Positions 63,654 through 64,000 of a stretch of 64,000 nt of DNA are shown piece by piece. Numbering within the stretch: the first letter of the stretch is position 1; each line of letters begins with the position of its first letter. The stretch is taken from positions 32,001-96,000 of the forward strand of contig JBBQFH010000007.1 in the NCBI GenBank assembly GCA_038321865.1. The letters run 5' to 3'. The position numbers and the translations under genes were made by a program. The notes under the pieces were generated by a model. That model worked only from the letters and a program-made list of their open reading frames with translations. It made no database searches and was not told where the DNA came from. Origin of the DNA: Gemmatimonadales bacterium (lineage in GTDB: Bacteria; Gemmatimonadota; Gemmatimonadetes; Gemmatimonadales; GWC2-71-9).

Positions 63654-64000
63654 GTGCAGCAGACCGTCGAGGTCAAGTTCAAGGGTACCCGAAAGGCCTA
63701 CTTCACCTGGGAGCACGCCGACGATCCACTCCGCGTGAACGACGCCGTGGTGGTCGAGGCCGACCGCGGGCGCGACTTCGGGAAGATCACGGCAGTCGGC
63801 GACGTCGCCACCAAGAAGTGCGCGTCAGGGTGCTCCGGCTGCGCCGTCGGTGAATCGGCCGAGCCGGAGGCGCTGCAGCCCGTGGTGCGCCGAGCCACGC
63901 CGGAGGATGTCCGGGCGCACAATGATGCCCGGACATCCGAGGAAGAGGTACGGCGCCAGGTGATGCAGCGGGTGCGGGCACACGAGCTGCTCATGAAGAT
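63654..64000 (+). CDS. ricT: RicT/YaaT (PSP1-domain) protein, 3' truncated
   Basis: VEVKFKGTRKAYF, VVVEADRGRDFG, VVRRATPED, HELLMK. Open to the window end; start at 63648 or 63654. Confidence 0.8.
   Translation, partial: MQQTVEVKFKGTRKAYFTWEHADDPLRVNDAVVVEADRGRDFGKITAVGDVATKKCASGCSGCAVGESAEPEALQPVVRRATPEDVRAHNDARTSEEEVRRQVMQRVRAHELLMK

Noticed and set aside
1..64000. CRISPR arrays, tRNA/rRNA, IS/integrase, prophage or defence systems
   Set aside because: No repeat-spacer periodicity, no cloverleaf or rRNA-like stretch, intergenic gaps are short, and no mobile-element motifs were seen by eye.

Overview
A GC-rich (~70% by eye), densely coding bacterial chromosome segment. Gene style and content suggest Gemmatimonadota (inference only). 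I saw no rRNA, tRNA, CRISPR array, integrase, transposase or phage genes. In order, the window holds: the 3' part of a TonB-dependent receptor (TBDR); a six-gene operon (membrane protein, winged-helix regulator, variant UppS, surface protein, small ORF, SDR) with two copies of a palindromic operator; mscL; an MBL/rhodanese fusion; DUF1800/DUF1501; two paralogous TolB-like lipoproteins plus a TBDR; a stress block (two ferritin-like, TrxB-like, two SRPBCC, DUF2254); aceB; the four-gene ligase-associated DNA-damage cluster; a TsdA-like cytochrome divergent from cydAB; a POT transporter; a PspA-like gene; a PuuD-like gene; a hybrid kinase; a GT2; a ThiO-like oxidase; HupE/DUF6702; an ECF sigma/anti-sigma pair with DUF1684, TlpA and a porin; lipA-pdhABC-lpdA; three peptidases; and dnaE-accA-ricT(partial). 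Signals the ORF track misses or obscures are a 56-codon internally deleted lipB, a decayed hisE inside a structured dnaE leader, two perfect intergenic CRP-type boxes, and the operator pair. The best candidates for an undescribed system are the operator-controlled second-UppS operon and the two-lipoprotein/TBDR module. All product calls come from motif recognition by eye; no searches were run.
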